Source of the DNA: Candidatus Buchananbacteria bacterium
Lineage (GTDB): Bacteria > Patescibacteriota > Patescibacteriia > Buchananbacterales > UBA6539
DNA: 64,000 bases
NCBI GenBank assembly: GCA_041664165.1
Contig: JBAYLH010000006.1
Coordinates: forward strand, 143 to 64,142
Reading direction: 5' to 3'
Numbering within the stretch: the stretch's first letter is position 1; every line of letters starts with the position of its first letter. This document shows positions 35,991 through 46,615 of the stretch, piece after piece. The notes below the pieces were generated by a model. That model saw only the letters and a program-made list of their open reading frames with translations, made no database searches and was not told the origin of the DNA. A program made the translations under genes and the position numbers.

Positions 35991-37367
35991 CTATTTTTTT
36001 CGCCGGCGAAAATAGCTGACAAAAGGCTCAGGGTCTAGCGGGTAAAAATTATTGATGATATTAAAATAAACCGATTTGATTTCCTTAAAATAAAGCAATG
36101 GATTTTTGTTGGCCGGGCGATAGTGATTTTTTACTTCTTGAATTTTCGGCAGCATTATGACGGCCGCTAAAAGCCGGGAGAGGCTGGAGATAATAAAGAT
36201 GAGAAAAAAGATATTGATAAAATCGACTTTGGCATATTGGGCGATCAAGCCGCCGAGCAAAGCGCCGATAAAAATCCCGATGCCGTTAAGCAAAGTATAA
36301 TAAGCGACGACTAAGCCCCGCCGCTGCTGGCCGATTGAATCATAAATAAAATTCGAGGTGGCTAAATTAAAAGCCGACCAGCCTAAGCCGGAAAATAATT
36401 GCGGCACCAAAATCAAATAAATCGGGCTTTGGCCGAAAAGCCAAAAGATCGGCAGCGGAATAACTAAAATCGCCGCCAGTCTTAAAGTTTCGCGGTTGCC
36501 GTAAGTGTCGGCGAATTTTCCCCAGAGCGGCAAAAACAAAAAAGAAAAAATTCCGGCGGCGACGTTGACGGCCGTGAATTCAATCGGATTGAAATGCAGC
36601 TCTTTCCACATGTAAACCGAAAAAAACGGCCCGGCGATGTTTGCCCCCAGGGTAATTAAGCTGGTAAATAAAGCAAAGCGGTTGAAATTAAGGCGAGGAA
36701 TTTCCTTGATGAACTGCCAAAAAGAAAAATAGTATTCTTTTTCCAAGGTAATTTCTTCAACGTAATGGCGGTTTAGCAGGAAAGCGGAGATATAGCGGGC
36801 GGCGGCGGCGGTTAAAAAAAGAATTAAAAAGCCGATGATAATATTAATCCGGCTGAAATAGTAGAGCAGGAAAGCCGAAATTATGGTGGTGGTAACCGAA
36901 GTAATGGTGGAAAATTTAGTCCGGCGGGAAAAATATTTGCCTCTGATTTTTTCCGGCACGACGTCGCCCATGAGCGAAAACCAGGCCGGTCCGGCAATGG
37001 CGCCTGACAGGGAATAAATGACAAAAGCCAAAATAACCAGCGGTGTCAGATAAAAACTCGGCCCCTGAGCCAAAAAAATCAAGCCTAAAATAATAAATAA
37101 AAACCAGGAGCTGGCCTGGGCAACGACGCCGGCCACCACGATTTTTTTGCGGTTGGTTTTTTCCATCAGCCGGCTGCCGAAGATTTGAGCCATTGGCCCG
37201 AATAAATTGGCCAAGCTGGAAATTAAACCAACCTGCAAATTAGTCGCCTTTAGTTCTAAAGCGTAGGGGATGATGTAAGAATCGCTGATGCCGACCATGA
37301 CCGAAGCAATCGCTCCTTCTTGGGTTGATAATTTTCTGGTTTTGGCTTTTTGGTTTTCAGTATCCAT
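35991..37367 (-). CDS. MFS transporter
   Basis: About 12 TM helices; RGKYFSRR; WGKFADTYGNR. Confidence 0.9.
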   Translation of the reverse strand: MDTENQKAKTRKLSTQEGAIASVMVGISDSYIIPYALELKATNLQVGLISSLANLFGPMAQIFGSRLMEKTNRKKIVVAGVVAQASSWFLFIILGLIFLAQGPSFYLTPLVILAFVIYSLSGAIAGPAWFSLMGDVVPEKIRGKYFSRRTKFSTITSVTTTIISAFLLYYFSRINIIIGFLILFLTAAAARYISAFLLNRHYVEEITLEKEYYFSFWQFIKEIPRLNFNRFALFTSLITLGANIAGPFFSVYMWKELHFNPIEFTAVNVAAGIFSFLFLPLWGKFADTYGNRETLRLAAILVIPLPIFWLFGQSPIYLILVPQLFSGLGWSAFNLATSNFIYDSIGQQRRGLVVAYYTLLNGIGIFIGALLGGLIAQYAKVDFINIFFLIFIISSLSRLLAAVIMLPKIQEVKNHYRPANKNPLLYFKEIKSVYFNIINNFYPLDPEPFVSYFRRRKK

Positions 37368-37426
37368 ATTTTTTGGTAATTAAATGATAGTTTTTTTATG
37401 CGGTAATGTCAAAAATAATTTTGCCC

Positions 37427-37521
37427 TTGCTTAGATTTTTTGATTATGGTAAGATGAAATTGGTACAAAGAGGTGCCAAAAAAATTCGACGAAGACGTCT
37501 ATAAATTTAGGCGCTTTTTTT
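37427..37521 (+). promoter_or_regulatory. Promoter, ANTAR-type dual hairpin and overlapping terminator in the amtB leader
   Basis: TTGCTT-17-TAAGAT; GGTAC-AAAGAG-GTGCC; GAC-GAAGAC-GTC; CGTCTA/TAGGCG stem followed by T7. Confidence 0.7.
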
Positions 37522-37550
37522 GTTTTGTTTAATAATTAAAATTAAAAAAA

Positions 37551-38762
37551 ATGATTGCTTTTGATTCGGGCAATACCGCTTTTATGCTGGTAGCGACCAG
37601 CTTAGTAATGTTAATGACGCCAGGCTTAGCCTTTTTTTATGGGGGCTTAGTCGGCCGGAAGAATGTTTTAGCGATTATGATTCAAAGTTTCATCTCCATG
37701 GGCTGGACCACGGTGCTTTGGTATCTCTTTGGCTACTCGCTTTGCTTTAGCGGCGATTTTTTTGGCATCATCGGCAATTTCAACCATGCTTTTCTACGCG
37801 GTATTGAGGTTACGGCTATGCATCCCAATGGTTTTCCGCTAATGATTTTTGTCGCTTATCAGATGATGTTTGCCATTATCACCCCGGCCTTAATCACCGG
37901 CGCGTTTGCCAATCGGATTAATTTCAAAGCTTATTTTATTTTTTTGACGGTCTGGCTGATCTTGGTTTATTTTCCGATTTGCCACATGGCCTGGGGGCCA
38001 AACGGTTTATTTCAGCAGTGGGGAGTTTTGGATTTCGCTGGCGGTACGGTGGTTCACGCCACAGCCGGCTTCGCGGCTTTGGCAGCGGTTTTATTTGTCG
38101 GTAAAAGAAAAAACGGCACTGAGTCGCCGCATAATTTGCCGCTGGTGGCTTTGGGTACCGGTCTTTTATGGTTTGGCTGGTATGGTTTTAACGCCGGCAG
38201 CGAATTAGCCGCTGACAATATTACCGCCTTAGCTTTTTTAAATACTGATATTGCCGCTTCTTTTGCCGCTGTTACCTGGTTATTTTTAGCCTGGTTTTTT
38301 GAAAAAAAGCCAAAATTTTTGGGTTTACTGACTGGAGCTGTGGCTGGGTTAGTGGCAATTACGCCGGCTGCCGGCTATGTTACGCCGACCTCAGCGGTTT
38401 TGATTGGAATTATTTCGGCTATTGTTTGTTATTTAGCCGTGGCTTTGAAAAATAAATTGAAGTTTGATGACGCGCTTGATGTTTGGGGTGTGCATGGCGT
38501 GGGCGGTGTGGTCGGTTGTATTTCGCTTGGGATCTTTGCCACGCTCGCTGTCAATAAAAACGGAGCGGCCGGACTCCTTTTTGGCAACTCAATTTTTTTC
38601 TTGAAAGAAATTGCTGTTGTTTTAGGTGTTGCCCTATATGCTTTTGTTTTTTCCTATGCGATGCTTTGGTTAATTGATAAAATTACTCCAGTTCGAACTT
38701 CTCCTGACCACGAAGATGATGGCTTGGATTTTTCCCTGCACGGAGAAACCGCTTACGAATAA
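37551..38762 (+). CDS. amtB: Ammonium transporter
   Basis: MTPGLAFFYGG, FAIITPALI, DFAGGTVVH, WFGWYGFN, DDALDVWGVHG. Confidence 0.97.
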   Translation: MIAFDSGNTAFMLVATSLVMLMTPGLAFFYGGLVGRKNVLAIMIQSFISMGWTTVLWYLFGYSLCFSGDFFGIIGNFNHAFLRGIEVTAMHPNGFPLMIFVAYQMMFAIITPALITGAFANRINFKAYFIFLTVWLILVYFPICHMAWGPNGLFQQWGVLDFAGGTVVHATAGFAALAAVLFVGKRKNGTESPHNLPLVALGTGLLWFGWYGFNAGSELAADNITALAFLNTDIAASFAAVTWLFLAWFFEKKPKFLGLLTGAVAGLVAITPAAGYVTPTSAVLIGIISAIVCYLAVALKNKLKFDDALDVWGVHGVGGVVGCISLGIFATLAVNKNGAAGLLFGNSIFFLKEIAVVLGVALYAFVFSYAMLWLIDKITPVRTSPDHEDDGLDFSLHGETAYE

Positions 38763-38860
38763 TAACCAATTTGTACTTGAGTTGATGGGTGATATCTTTT
38801 ACGATCGTTTTAAAAAAATCCCGCTAGTCCAGGGATTTTTTTTATTCAAATTGGCAATCA

Positions 38861-41485
38861 CTAATCCCAACCATATCGTTGATTAAACCAAGTTTTGACT
38901 AATTGGGTAACTAAAAAATAGGTGGCCGTCATTACTGTCAAAAATAGAAAGTAAAGCGGGGGCAGGGGAACAAAACCCAACATCGGTGCGAGTGGTGAAA
39001 ATGGTAAAAATATGCCAATTGCAACTATACCGAGCGTGGTTAAGGTTAGCATTTTTGATGGTGAACTTTGTAAAAATGGAATTTTATGAGTGCGGATGAC
39101 ATAAATGATCAAAGTTTGGCTGACTAAAGATTCGACAAACCAGCCGGTATGAAAAAGCGCCGGATTAGCCCAGCAGTTAAAAACAAATAGCATGACAAAA
39201 TAGGTCAGATAGTCGTATAGCGAACTAATCGGCCCGATGACTAAGATAAAACGCCTCATGTAATCAATCCGCCATTTTCGGGGTTTAAGCAGATACTCGT
39301 CATCGATTTTGTCGGTTGGAATCGCGGTCTGGGAGAAATCATAAAGCAAATTGTTGGTCAGGACTTGGATTGGCAGCATCGGCAAGAAAGGCAAAAAAAT
39401 ACTGGCGCCAACCACCGAAAACATATTGCCGAAATTTGACGACGCGGCCATTTGGATGTATTTGACGATATTACCGAATACTTTCCGGCCTTCGATGACG
39501 CCGTCTTTTAAAACTAGCAAGTTTTTTTCCAGTAAAATTATATCCGAAGATTCTTTGGCGATATCGGCGGCGCTGTCAACGGAAATGCCGACATCGGCCG
39601 CCCGCAAGGCCGGCGCATCATTAATGCCATCACCTAAAAAGCCAACTGCATGATTATTGCCACGCAAGGCCCGAATAATTTTTTCTTTATGAAAAGGGGC
39701 CAGTTTGGCAAAAATTGAAGTTTTCTCAACTATTTCCGCTAATTTTTTGCCTTCCAGTTTTTCAATTTCACTACCTAAAATAATATTTTCGGCGGGAATG
39801 CCGACCTGCTGGCAGATTTGGCGGGTTACGATTTCGTTGTCGCCGGTTAAAACTTTGATTGAAACGCCGTATTTTTTCAGTTCAATGACCGCCTGAGCGG
39901 CTGATTCTTTCGGCGGATCCAAAAAGGCCAAAAAGCCCAGCAAGATTAAATCTTTTTCATCGCTGACGGAGTAACGGCGGTTACCGTCGGAAACTTTTTT
40001 GTAAGCGACCGTAACGACTCGGAAACCATCGCCATTTAATCTTTTTTCGATTTCGGTTTTATATTTTTTTTCGATTTTTTCAATGGGAATAATTTTTTTG
40101 CCGACTTGAACCCGGTTGCAAAGCGTCAGCATTTCTTCAACGGCGCCCTTGCAGATTAAAATATTTTGGCCGGTTGGCTCTTTAACGACCACGGAAAGCC
40201 GGCGGCGGATAAAATCAAAAGGAATTTCATCGATTTTTTTGTAATTTTTTTTGACTTGTAAATTTTTTTCCACTTCTTGGTGGCGCAAGACCGCGGCATC
40301 AATTAAGTTGGTCAAGCCGGTTTGGTAAAAACTGTTCAAATAGGCATAGTTTAAAACCGCTTTAGTCTCCTGTCCGTAGATATTTAAATATTTTTCTAAA
40401 ATCACCCGGCCTTCGGTTAAAGTTCCGGTTTTGTCCGTGCATAAAATATCCATGGCGCCAAAATTTTGAATGGCCGGCAAATGGCGGACAATCACTTTTT
40501 TCTTTGCCATATCCAAGGCGCCTTTGGAAAGATTGACCGAGACAATCATCGGCAGCATTTCCGGCGCCAGTCCGACGGTAACGGCGACAGCGAATATGAA
40601 AGCCTCAAACCAGTTGCCTTTGCTGATGCCGTTCAAGATAAAAACCGTCGGCGCCATGACGATGATAAAACCGATAATGAGCCAGGTAAAATTTTTAATT
40701 CCCAAGTCAAAACTGGAAACAGTTTCAAAAGTATCCAAAGCTTTGGCTAGCGACCCCAAGTAAGTGTCGTGGCTGGTGCAAATTACCATCGCTTTAGCCG
40801 TGCCGCTTTCGACGTTGCTGCCTAAAAAGCAAAGGTTAGACACTTCCAGCGGATTTTTGGTATTTTGCGGTTCAGCGTGTTTTTCGGCCGGGATTGATTC
40901 GCCCGTCAAAGCAGCCTGGTTAACAAAAAGATCTTTGGATTCAATTAGTCTGACGTCGGCTGGGATCATATCGCCGGCCGAGAGGAAAATAATATCGCCG
41001 GGTACTAAATATTTAATGTCAATTTCTTTTTTTTGGCCGTCGCGGATGACGTGGGCCGTGGTTTTGACCATCGCCTTAAGGTCATCGGCGGCTTTATCGG
41101 CCTTGGCTTCCTGAAAGAATCGCAAAATTACGCTTAAAACCACCATGATTAAAATCATCGCGGTAGTGCGAAAATCCCTGGTGATTAAAGAGACTAAAAC
41201 TAAGGTTAAAAGCAGAAGGCTTAACGGATCTAAAAAATTGCCCAGCAGCCGAGCCCACCATTTAACCGGCGGTTCGGCCGCGACTTCGTTCAAGCCGTGC
41301 TTTAATCGCTGAGTTAATATCTCGGGATGGCTTAAGCCTTTAAGCGAGGTATGAAAATCTCGGAAAAAATCTTCCTTTGACTGGCCGGCCACTCGGATTA
41401 ATTTCTCGGTTATTTTTGGCGAAATATTGGAATTAGCCGAGGGCTGGTTTTTGGAGTTAGCCAATATTTTTTTGATAATGCCCAT
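38861..41485 (-). CDS. mgtA: Magnesium-translocating P-type ATPase
   Basis: TGES, PEMLP, DKTGTLT, PFDF.RRR, GDGIND, SSNFGN. Confidence 0.96.
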   Translation of the reverse strand: MGIIKKILANSKNQPSANSNISPKITEKLIRVAGQSKEDFFRDFHTSLKGLSHPEILTQRLKHGLNEVAAEPPVKWWARLLGNFLDPLSLLLLTLVLVSLITRDFRTTAMILIMVVLSVILRFFQEAKADKAADDLKAMVKTTAHVIRDGQKKEIDIKYLVPGDIIFLSAGDMIPADVRLIESKDLFVNQAALTGESIPAEKHAEPQNTKNPLEVSNLCFLGSNVESGTAKAMVICTSHDTYLGSLAKALDTFETVSSFDLGIKNFTWLIIGFIIVMAPTVFILNGISKGNWFEAFIFAVAVTVGLAPEMLPMIVSVNLSKGALDMAKKKVIVRHLPAIQNFGAMDILCTDKTGTLTEGRVILEKYLNIYGQETKAVLNYAYLNSFYQTGLTNLIDAAVLRHQEVEKNLQVKKNYKKIDEIPFDFIRRRLSVVVKEPTGQNILICKGAVEEMLTLCNRVQVGKKIIPIEKIEKKYKTEIEKRLNGDGFRVVTVAYKKVSDGNRRYSVSDEKDLILLGFLAFLDPPKESAAQAVIELKKYGVSIKVLTGDNEIVTRQICQQVGIPAENIILGSEIEKLEGKKLAEIVEKTSIFAKLAPFHKEKIIRALRGNNHAVGFLGDGINDAPALRAADVGISVDSAADIAKESSDIILLEKNLLVLKDGVIEGRKVFGNIVKYIQMAASSNFGNMFSVVGASIFLPFLPMLPIQVLTNNLLYDFSQTAIPTDKIDDEYLLKPRKWRIDYMRRFILVIGPISSLYDYLTYFVMLFVFNCWANPALFHTGWFVESLVSQTLIIYVIRTHKIPFLQSSPSKMLTLTTLGIVAIGIFLPFSPLAPMLGFVPLPPLYFLFLTVMTATYFLVTQLVKTWFNQRYGWD

Positions 41486-41588
41486 AAAATTTAGTCATTT
41501 AACTTCATTTATTATATCACTAATAATTTTTATTTTACAGTTTGTTTTTTGTGTTTTTTTATGATCTATGTTCTAATGAAGTAAATAT

Positions 41589-42089
41589 ATGAAAAAAATA
41601 TTAATTACCTCAATCAATATTATTATTTTAGTTTTACTGGCGATTCCGGTTTTTACCTTCATCAAAAATGTCAGCAGTCAGGCTGCTATTGCCAGTCCGG
41701 TTAATTCGGCTAATTCCGGTTTGGTCAATTTTAACGCCGCTAATCCTGGCCAGGCTGGCCAGTCAGTCAATTTAACCTTGGCGGAAGTGGCGAAACATAA
41801 CCAGTCCAATGATTGTTGGCTGATAATTAATAATCAGGTTTATGATTTAAGCAGCTATGCCCCTTATCATCCCGGCGGCAGCGCGATGCTGCCTTACTGC
41901 GGCCGGGAAGCCACGGCCGCTTATAATGACAAAGACGGCGGCGGTGCGCCTCATTCCCAAAACGCCGCTAATCTTTTAACTAATTATTTTATTGGCCAAC
42001 TCGGACAGCAGTCAAAAAATTTATCGGGTCAGCCGGTGGCGCCGCCAGCCGGCATCAATCAGCTCAACCGGGAAATAGAAGACGATTAA
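41589..42089 (+). CDS. Membrane-anchored cytochrome b5-like heme-binding protein
   Basis: N-terminal TM; EVAKHN..DCWLII..VYD; HPGG; second His in HSQNA. Confidence 0.9.
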   Translation: MKKILITSINIIILVLLAIPVFTFIKNVSSQAAIASPVNSANSGLVNFNAANPGQAGQSVNLTLAEVAKHNQSNDCWLIINNQVYDLSSYAPYHPGGSAMLPYCGREATAAYNDKDGGGAPHSQNAANLLTNYFIGQLGQQSKNLSGQPVAPPAGINQLNREIEDD

Positions 42090-42090
42090 T

Positions 42091-42417
42091 ATGAATCAAT
42101 TTTTAGTAAAATTAAATTTTATTGCCCGAAAGCTCCACCGATTTTTGGTTTTATTTTCCGCCATTACTTTTCTCGTGATGGCCGCTACTGGTTTATTAAT
42201 CCGCTACCTCTGGTTTGCTACGGAAACTACCACCGGCTCGGTTTTTCAGTTCGGCTCGGTATTAATCAGAGAAACAGCCATTCGGCAGCTTCATTCTCAG
42301 TATAGTCTTTATTTTACGATGGTTATCGGTTTAATGATGATTACCGGTTTAACTATGTATTTTTTGCCGAAAATAATCGCCAAAAGAAACCAACTGCCCC
42401 AAAAATTTCAGAAGTAA
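42091..42417 (+). CDS. Small two-TM protein (PepSY-TM-like)
   Basis: RKLHR...ATG and RQLH...ITG helices. Confidence 0.7.
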   Translation: MNQFLVKLNFIARKLHRFLVLFSAITFLVMAATGLLIRYLWFATETTTGSVFQFGSVLIRETAIRQLHSQYSLYFTMVIGLMMITGLTMYFLPKIIAKRNQLPQKFQK

Positions 42418-42477
42418 ATTGAGCCATATAAAAAAATCAGCCTCAAAGCGGGGTTGATTTTTTTAGTTTGTAATATT

Positions 42478-43788
42478 TTAGTAGTTGAATTTTCGGCCAG
42501 CTTGCCGGTTTGGTTTCGGCCGGTATCTTCTTCTGTTGTATGAATTGTTTTTATTCCGGTTATCCGGCGGTTGCAGCCGGCCGATAGTGTCTGGCCGGCG
42601 GTTTTTTTGATACTGATAATTGAAACCGGGCGGCATTATCGGCTGCTCAATTTTGGGTAAAGCCGGCGTTGGTGAAACCGGCAAAGTCGTTTTAATCAGC
42701 CGTTCAATGCCTTTGATATCGCCATGCTGATCCGGTGTGGCGAAAGAAATCGCGTGGCCGGTTCGGCCCGCCCGGGCGGTTCGGCCGATGCGGTGGATGT
42801 AATCCTCAGGATTTTCCGGCAGGTCATAATTGATGACGAGCTGAATGCCGGTTACATCGATTCCTCTGGCGGCGATGTCAGTCGCGACTAAAATCCGGTA
42901 GCGGCCGATTTTAAATCCCTCCAAGGCTTCCAGTCTTTGGTTGAGGCTTCGGTTGGAATGAATTTCATTGGCAGTATAGCCAAGCGCTCTGATTTTATGC
43001 GTAATTTTTTTGGCGCCGAATTTGGTTCGGGAAAAAATTAAAATGCTGCCGGTATATTGTTTTAACAAATTGGCCAAAAGCGATATTTTATCTTTGCCGT
43101 CAACAAAAAATAATTCCTGAGTAACTGATTTTACCGTGGTGCCCGAAGGCGCCACTTCAACGCGCAACGGTAATGACATGTAGGATTTGGCAATCGCTAC
43201 AATAGCCTGCGGCATGGTGGCCGAAAACAGCATCGTCTGGCGTTCTCTGGGGACGGCTTGAAGAATTTTTTTGATCTGCGGGGCAAAACCCATATCCAGC
43301 ATCCGGTCGGCTTCGTCTAAAACTAAAATGCCGACTTTGGCCAAATTCAGCCGGGAGTTTTGGATATGATCGATTATCCGGCCGGGCGTGGCAATGATGA
43401 TTTGTGGCCTGAGGCTTAAAGCTTTGTGCTGCTTGGCCGGGTTTTCGCCGCCGATTAAAATCGCCGTTTTCAGGCCGATTGACTCGCCGATTTTTTTTAA
43501 TGTCTGATCGACTTGCACGGCCAGCTCCCGGGTCGGCAAAATAACCAGGCCGATGATGCGGCCTTGGTTTTGGGCGATTCTTTGAATCATCGGAATGCCA
43601 AAGGCCAGAGTTTTGCCGGTGCCGGTTTGGGCAATGCCCATTAAATCTTTGCCGGCAATGGCCGGCGGGATTGATTGCTCCTGAATCGGAGTCGGATGAA
43701 AAAATTTATGCCGGGCTAGAATTTCCAAAAGTTTGGGGGCAATACCGAGTTCGTCAAAATTTTTATTGGAATTAGTCGAAGTAGTCAT
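42478..43788 (-). CDS. DEAD-box RNA helicase (RhlE-like)
   Basis: AQTGTGKT, PTRELA, DEAD, SAT, ARGID, HRIGRTAR. Confidence 0.96.
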   Translation of the reverse strand: MTTSTNSNKNFDELGIAPKLLEILARHKFFHPTPIQEQSIPPAIAGKDLMGIAQTGTGKTLAFGIPMIQRIAQNQGRIIGLVILPTRELAVQVDQTLKKIGESIGLKTAILIGGENPAKQHKALSLRPQIIIATPGRIIDHIQNSRLNLAKVGILVLDEADRMLDMGFAPQIKKILQAVPRERQTMLFSATMPQAIVAIAKSYMSLPLRVEVAPSGTTVKSVTQELFFVDGKDKISLLANLLKQYTGSILIFSRTKFGAKKITHKIRALGYTANEIHSNRSLNQRLEALEGFKIGRYRILVATDIAARGIDVTGIQLVINYDLPENPEDYIHRIGRTARAGRTGHAISFATPDQHGDIKGIERLIKTTLPVSPTPALPKIEQPIMPPGFNYQYQKNRRPDTIGRLQPPDNRNKNNSYNRRRYRPKPNRQAGRKFNY

Positions 43789-44037
43789 AAGTCGTTATTA
43801 ATTGGTTAAAGCGCAAACACCCTGAGTATAGCAGAAAATGCTTTGTTTTAACAGGGAAGAGCAAAAAATTTCGGCTTGTCATTTCTCACTGGTTTATTAA
43901 CAGACTGACCTAATGCGGAATCCGGGAATCTTGTCATTAATGAATTTCGTATTTTTTTGTTTTAATGAAATTAGTTTTTAGAAAAATTCCGCCAAACAAA
44001 AATTGAATTGGCCGATGTTTCAGTATATAATCAAATC

Positions 44038-45282
44038 ATGAACAAGATTTTTCAAAAATTCGATGTCGCTGTCATCGGCGGGGGACCGGCGGGAATGATG
44101 GCGGCCGGCTGGGCGGCCAAAAGGGGCGCTAAAGTGGTATTACTGGAAAAAAATAAAACTTTAGGCAAAAAGCTTTTAATCACCGGCAAAGGCCGCTGTA
44201 ATCTCACCAACGCTCAAAAAGATAACCGGGAGTTTATCAAAAAACTTGGCTTAAACGGCCCGTTTCTTTTTTCCGCCCTGAATGCCTTTGGGCCGAAAGA
44301 CGCGGTTGATTTTTTTGAAAATCTTGGGGTAAAGACCAAAGTGGAGCGTGGAGGCCGGGTTTTCCCGGTTTCTGATTCTGCCGCGGATGTTTTGAACGCC
44401 CTGGTTCGGTTTTTAAACGCCGGCCGGGTTACGGTTATCAAAGAAGCCAAAATCAGAGAATTGGTTGTTGAAAAAAATTTGGTCAAAAAAATTAAATTGA
44501 CTGATTCCGAAATTGAAATCAAAAAAATAATTTTAGCCACCGGCGGTTTGGCCTATCCCGGCACGGGCTGTACCGGCGACGGCTATGTTTGGGCAAAAAA
44601 ATTCGGCCACGAAATAATCAAGCCGACCCCGGCTTTAGTGCCGATTTTGGTGAAAGAAAAATGGGTCAAAGCGCTTGAAGGCTTGAGCTTGAAAAATGTT
44701 TCAATCGCGGTTTACCAAAATAACAAAAAAGCGGCTGAGGAATTCGGCGAAGCGCTGTTTACCGACCGCGGCCTGTCCGGGCCGATTATTTTGGATTTGA
44801 GCCAGACCGTTGGCCGAAATTTAGCCAAAGGCGCGGTTGAATTAAAAATTAATTTTAAACCCGCTCTCGACTGGCCGGCTCTGGGCTTGCGCCTGCAAAA
44901 AGACTTCGGCCAAAATCCAAACAAGGCGTTTAAAAACAGCTTGGATCAGCTTTTGCCGAAAAAATTAATTTCAATTTTCGTTGAGCTTTCAAAAATAGCT
45001 GAAAATAAAAAAGCCGGCCAGCTGACTCGCGAAGAAAAAAATCGGCTGCTTAAATTGTTTTTTGGTTTTACCCTGACCGTTGACCGGCTAGATGGCTTTG
45101 AGAAAGCGATTGTTACGGCCGGCGGCGTCAGCGTAAAAGAAATCAATCCGAAAACCATGGGTTCAAAAATTATAAAAAATTTGTTTTTTGCCGGCGAAAT
45201 AATTGATCTCAACGGGCCAACCGGCGGCTATAATTTGCAAATCGCTTTTGCCACTGGCTACTTGGCCGGAACCAGCAATTGA
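44038..45282 (+). CDS. BaiN/HI0933-family flavoprotein
   Basis: GGGPAG, GKGRCN, ATGG, VTAGGV, GGYNLQ. Confidence 0.93.
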   Translation: MNKIFQKFDVAVIGGGPAGMMAAGWAAKRGAKVVLLEKNKTLGKKLLITGKGRCNLTNAQKDNREFIKKLGLNGPFLFSALNAFGPKDAVDFFENLGVKTKVERGGRVFPVSDSAADVLNALVRFLNAGRVTVIKEAKIRELVVEKNLVKKIKLTDSEIEIKKIILATGGLAYPGTGCTGDGYVWAKKFGHEIIKPTPALVPILVKEKWVKALEGLSLKNVSIAVYQNNKKAAEEFGEALFTDRGLSGPIILDLSQTVGRNLAKGAVELKINFKPALDWPALGLRLQKDFGQNPNKAFKNSLDQLLPKKLISIFVELSKIAENKKAGQLTREEKNRLLKLFFGFTLTVDRLDGFEKAIVTAGGVSVKEINPKTMGSKIIKNLFFAGEIIDLNGPTGGYNLQIAFATGYLAGTSN

Positions 45283-45421
45283 TTTTTGTCAGTCATTTCA
45301 AAAAAGTCTTCCATTTGAGGAAGACTTTTTGGTAAGGGTCGGGAAAGGGGATAATGTTAGATCTGGATTATCTAAGATTAATAAAGACTTAATGTTGGCT
45401 TTCAATAATCCGAAAGTTTGG

Positions 45422-46615
45422 TTATGCCAGCTTTTTAATTACGCCTTCCGTGGCATTGACCTCAATTAAATCGCCATCCTTAAAAATATTGGTTGCTATT
45501 TTTGTTCCGATGACACACGGCACCTTGAATTCTCGACTGACAATTGCCGCATGGCACGTGACTCCGCCTTCGTCAGTAACAATCGCCGCGCATTTTTTAA
45601 TAAGTGGCACAAAGTCCGGAGTCGTCATTTTTGTTACCAATACCCGGCCGTTTCTTATATGCTTATCGTCATTTGGCATAATAATTTTGACTTTGCCGGA
45701 GGCAATGCCTGGAAAAGCGGTTTGCCCCCTGACTTCATCGGTGTCTTTTATATTTAAAATTTTTTCTTTAAGAAAATTAAAATTTTTACCGTAGTCAACT
45801 TTAATGTCGCCATCGGTATAGACTAAGCATTGTGTCGGAAAATGGGCATAGGGAATTGGTTTGGAAAGTCGCGCTTTTATTTCGTCCGCACCTGCCCATT
45901 GAACATATTCTTTCAGATTGGTAGCAGCGCCTAGCTTTTGAAAAAAATTATTAGAATATTCATACCAACATTTTTCGTAAGCTTCCTTGCGAAAATCTCG
46001 GAATAAAAATAATTCTTTTAACAAGTTTATTAAAGGTTTATCTGCATTACGAAAAAAATTTGAGTTGATCTCATCAGAGGTTTTAATGCCAAACAATTTG
46101 CTTTCTGAACCCGCACTGATAAGTTGTATCAGTTCTGCCTGAGCTTCATTTTGATTGCTATAATGCGATAAAACAATTATTTCTAAAGTTTTTTCCAATA
46201 AAATCGGAACGGTATATGCCGCAGCAAACTCCGCCCAGACCTTGCAGAATCTTTGGAATTTTATACTCACATTGTCTTGGTTATTCAATGTCCGACTAAT
46301 TTTTAATAATTTTTCAGTATTTTTTCTAAAAGATTTAATATCATTAACGATGGCATTCGGGTTATTTTGTATTTCCTTAATAAATATATTTATAATGATT
46401 TTACGCTCATCAATGTTCATAAAATTATCAGCTGAAATGCCATTTTTTGCAAAGTAGCAGAAAGTAATGAATGGATTTTTAAGATCTAGGCCAAATCGTT
46501 TTTGAAACCATTGGATAAATCCTTGAATAGTTAAAAAAGTCCGTAAAGGTGGCGCCTTTCGGCCGACAATTTGTTCCCACTGTTGATTCAAAATAAAGTT
46601 ATAGTTTTTTATCAT
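45422..46615 (-). CDS. Protein with a C-terminal PEP-utilising phospho-His (swivel) domain
   Basis: MTTPD, TDEGGVTCHAAIVSRE, PCVIGT; helical N-terminal region; no PEP- or ATP-binding domain. Confidence 0.85.
   Translation of the reverse strand: MIKNYNFILNQQWEQIVGRKAPPLRTFLTIQGFIQWFQKRFGLDLKNPFITFCYFAKNGISADNFMNIDERKIIINIFIKEIQNNPNAIVNDIKSFRKNTEKLLKISRTLNNQDNVSIKFQRFCKVWAEFAAAYTVPILLEKTLEIIVLSHYSNQNEAQAELIQLISAGSESKLFGIKTSDEINSNFFRNADKPLINLLKELFLFRDFRKEAYEKCWYEYSNNFFQKLGAATNLKEYVQWAGADEIKARLSKPIPYAHFPTQCLVYTDGDIKVDYGKNFNFLKEKILNIKDTDEVRGQTAFPGIASGKVKIIMPNDDKHIRNGRVLVTKMTTPDFVPLIKKCAAIVTDEGGVTCHAAIVSREFKVPCVIGTKIATNIFKDGDLIEVNATEGVIKKLA

Noticed and set aside
41486-41588. Mg2+ riboswitch before mgtA
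   Set aside because: Short AT-rich divergent promoter region with no structure
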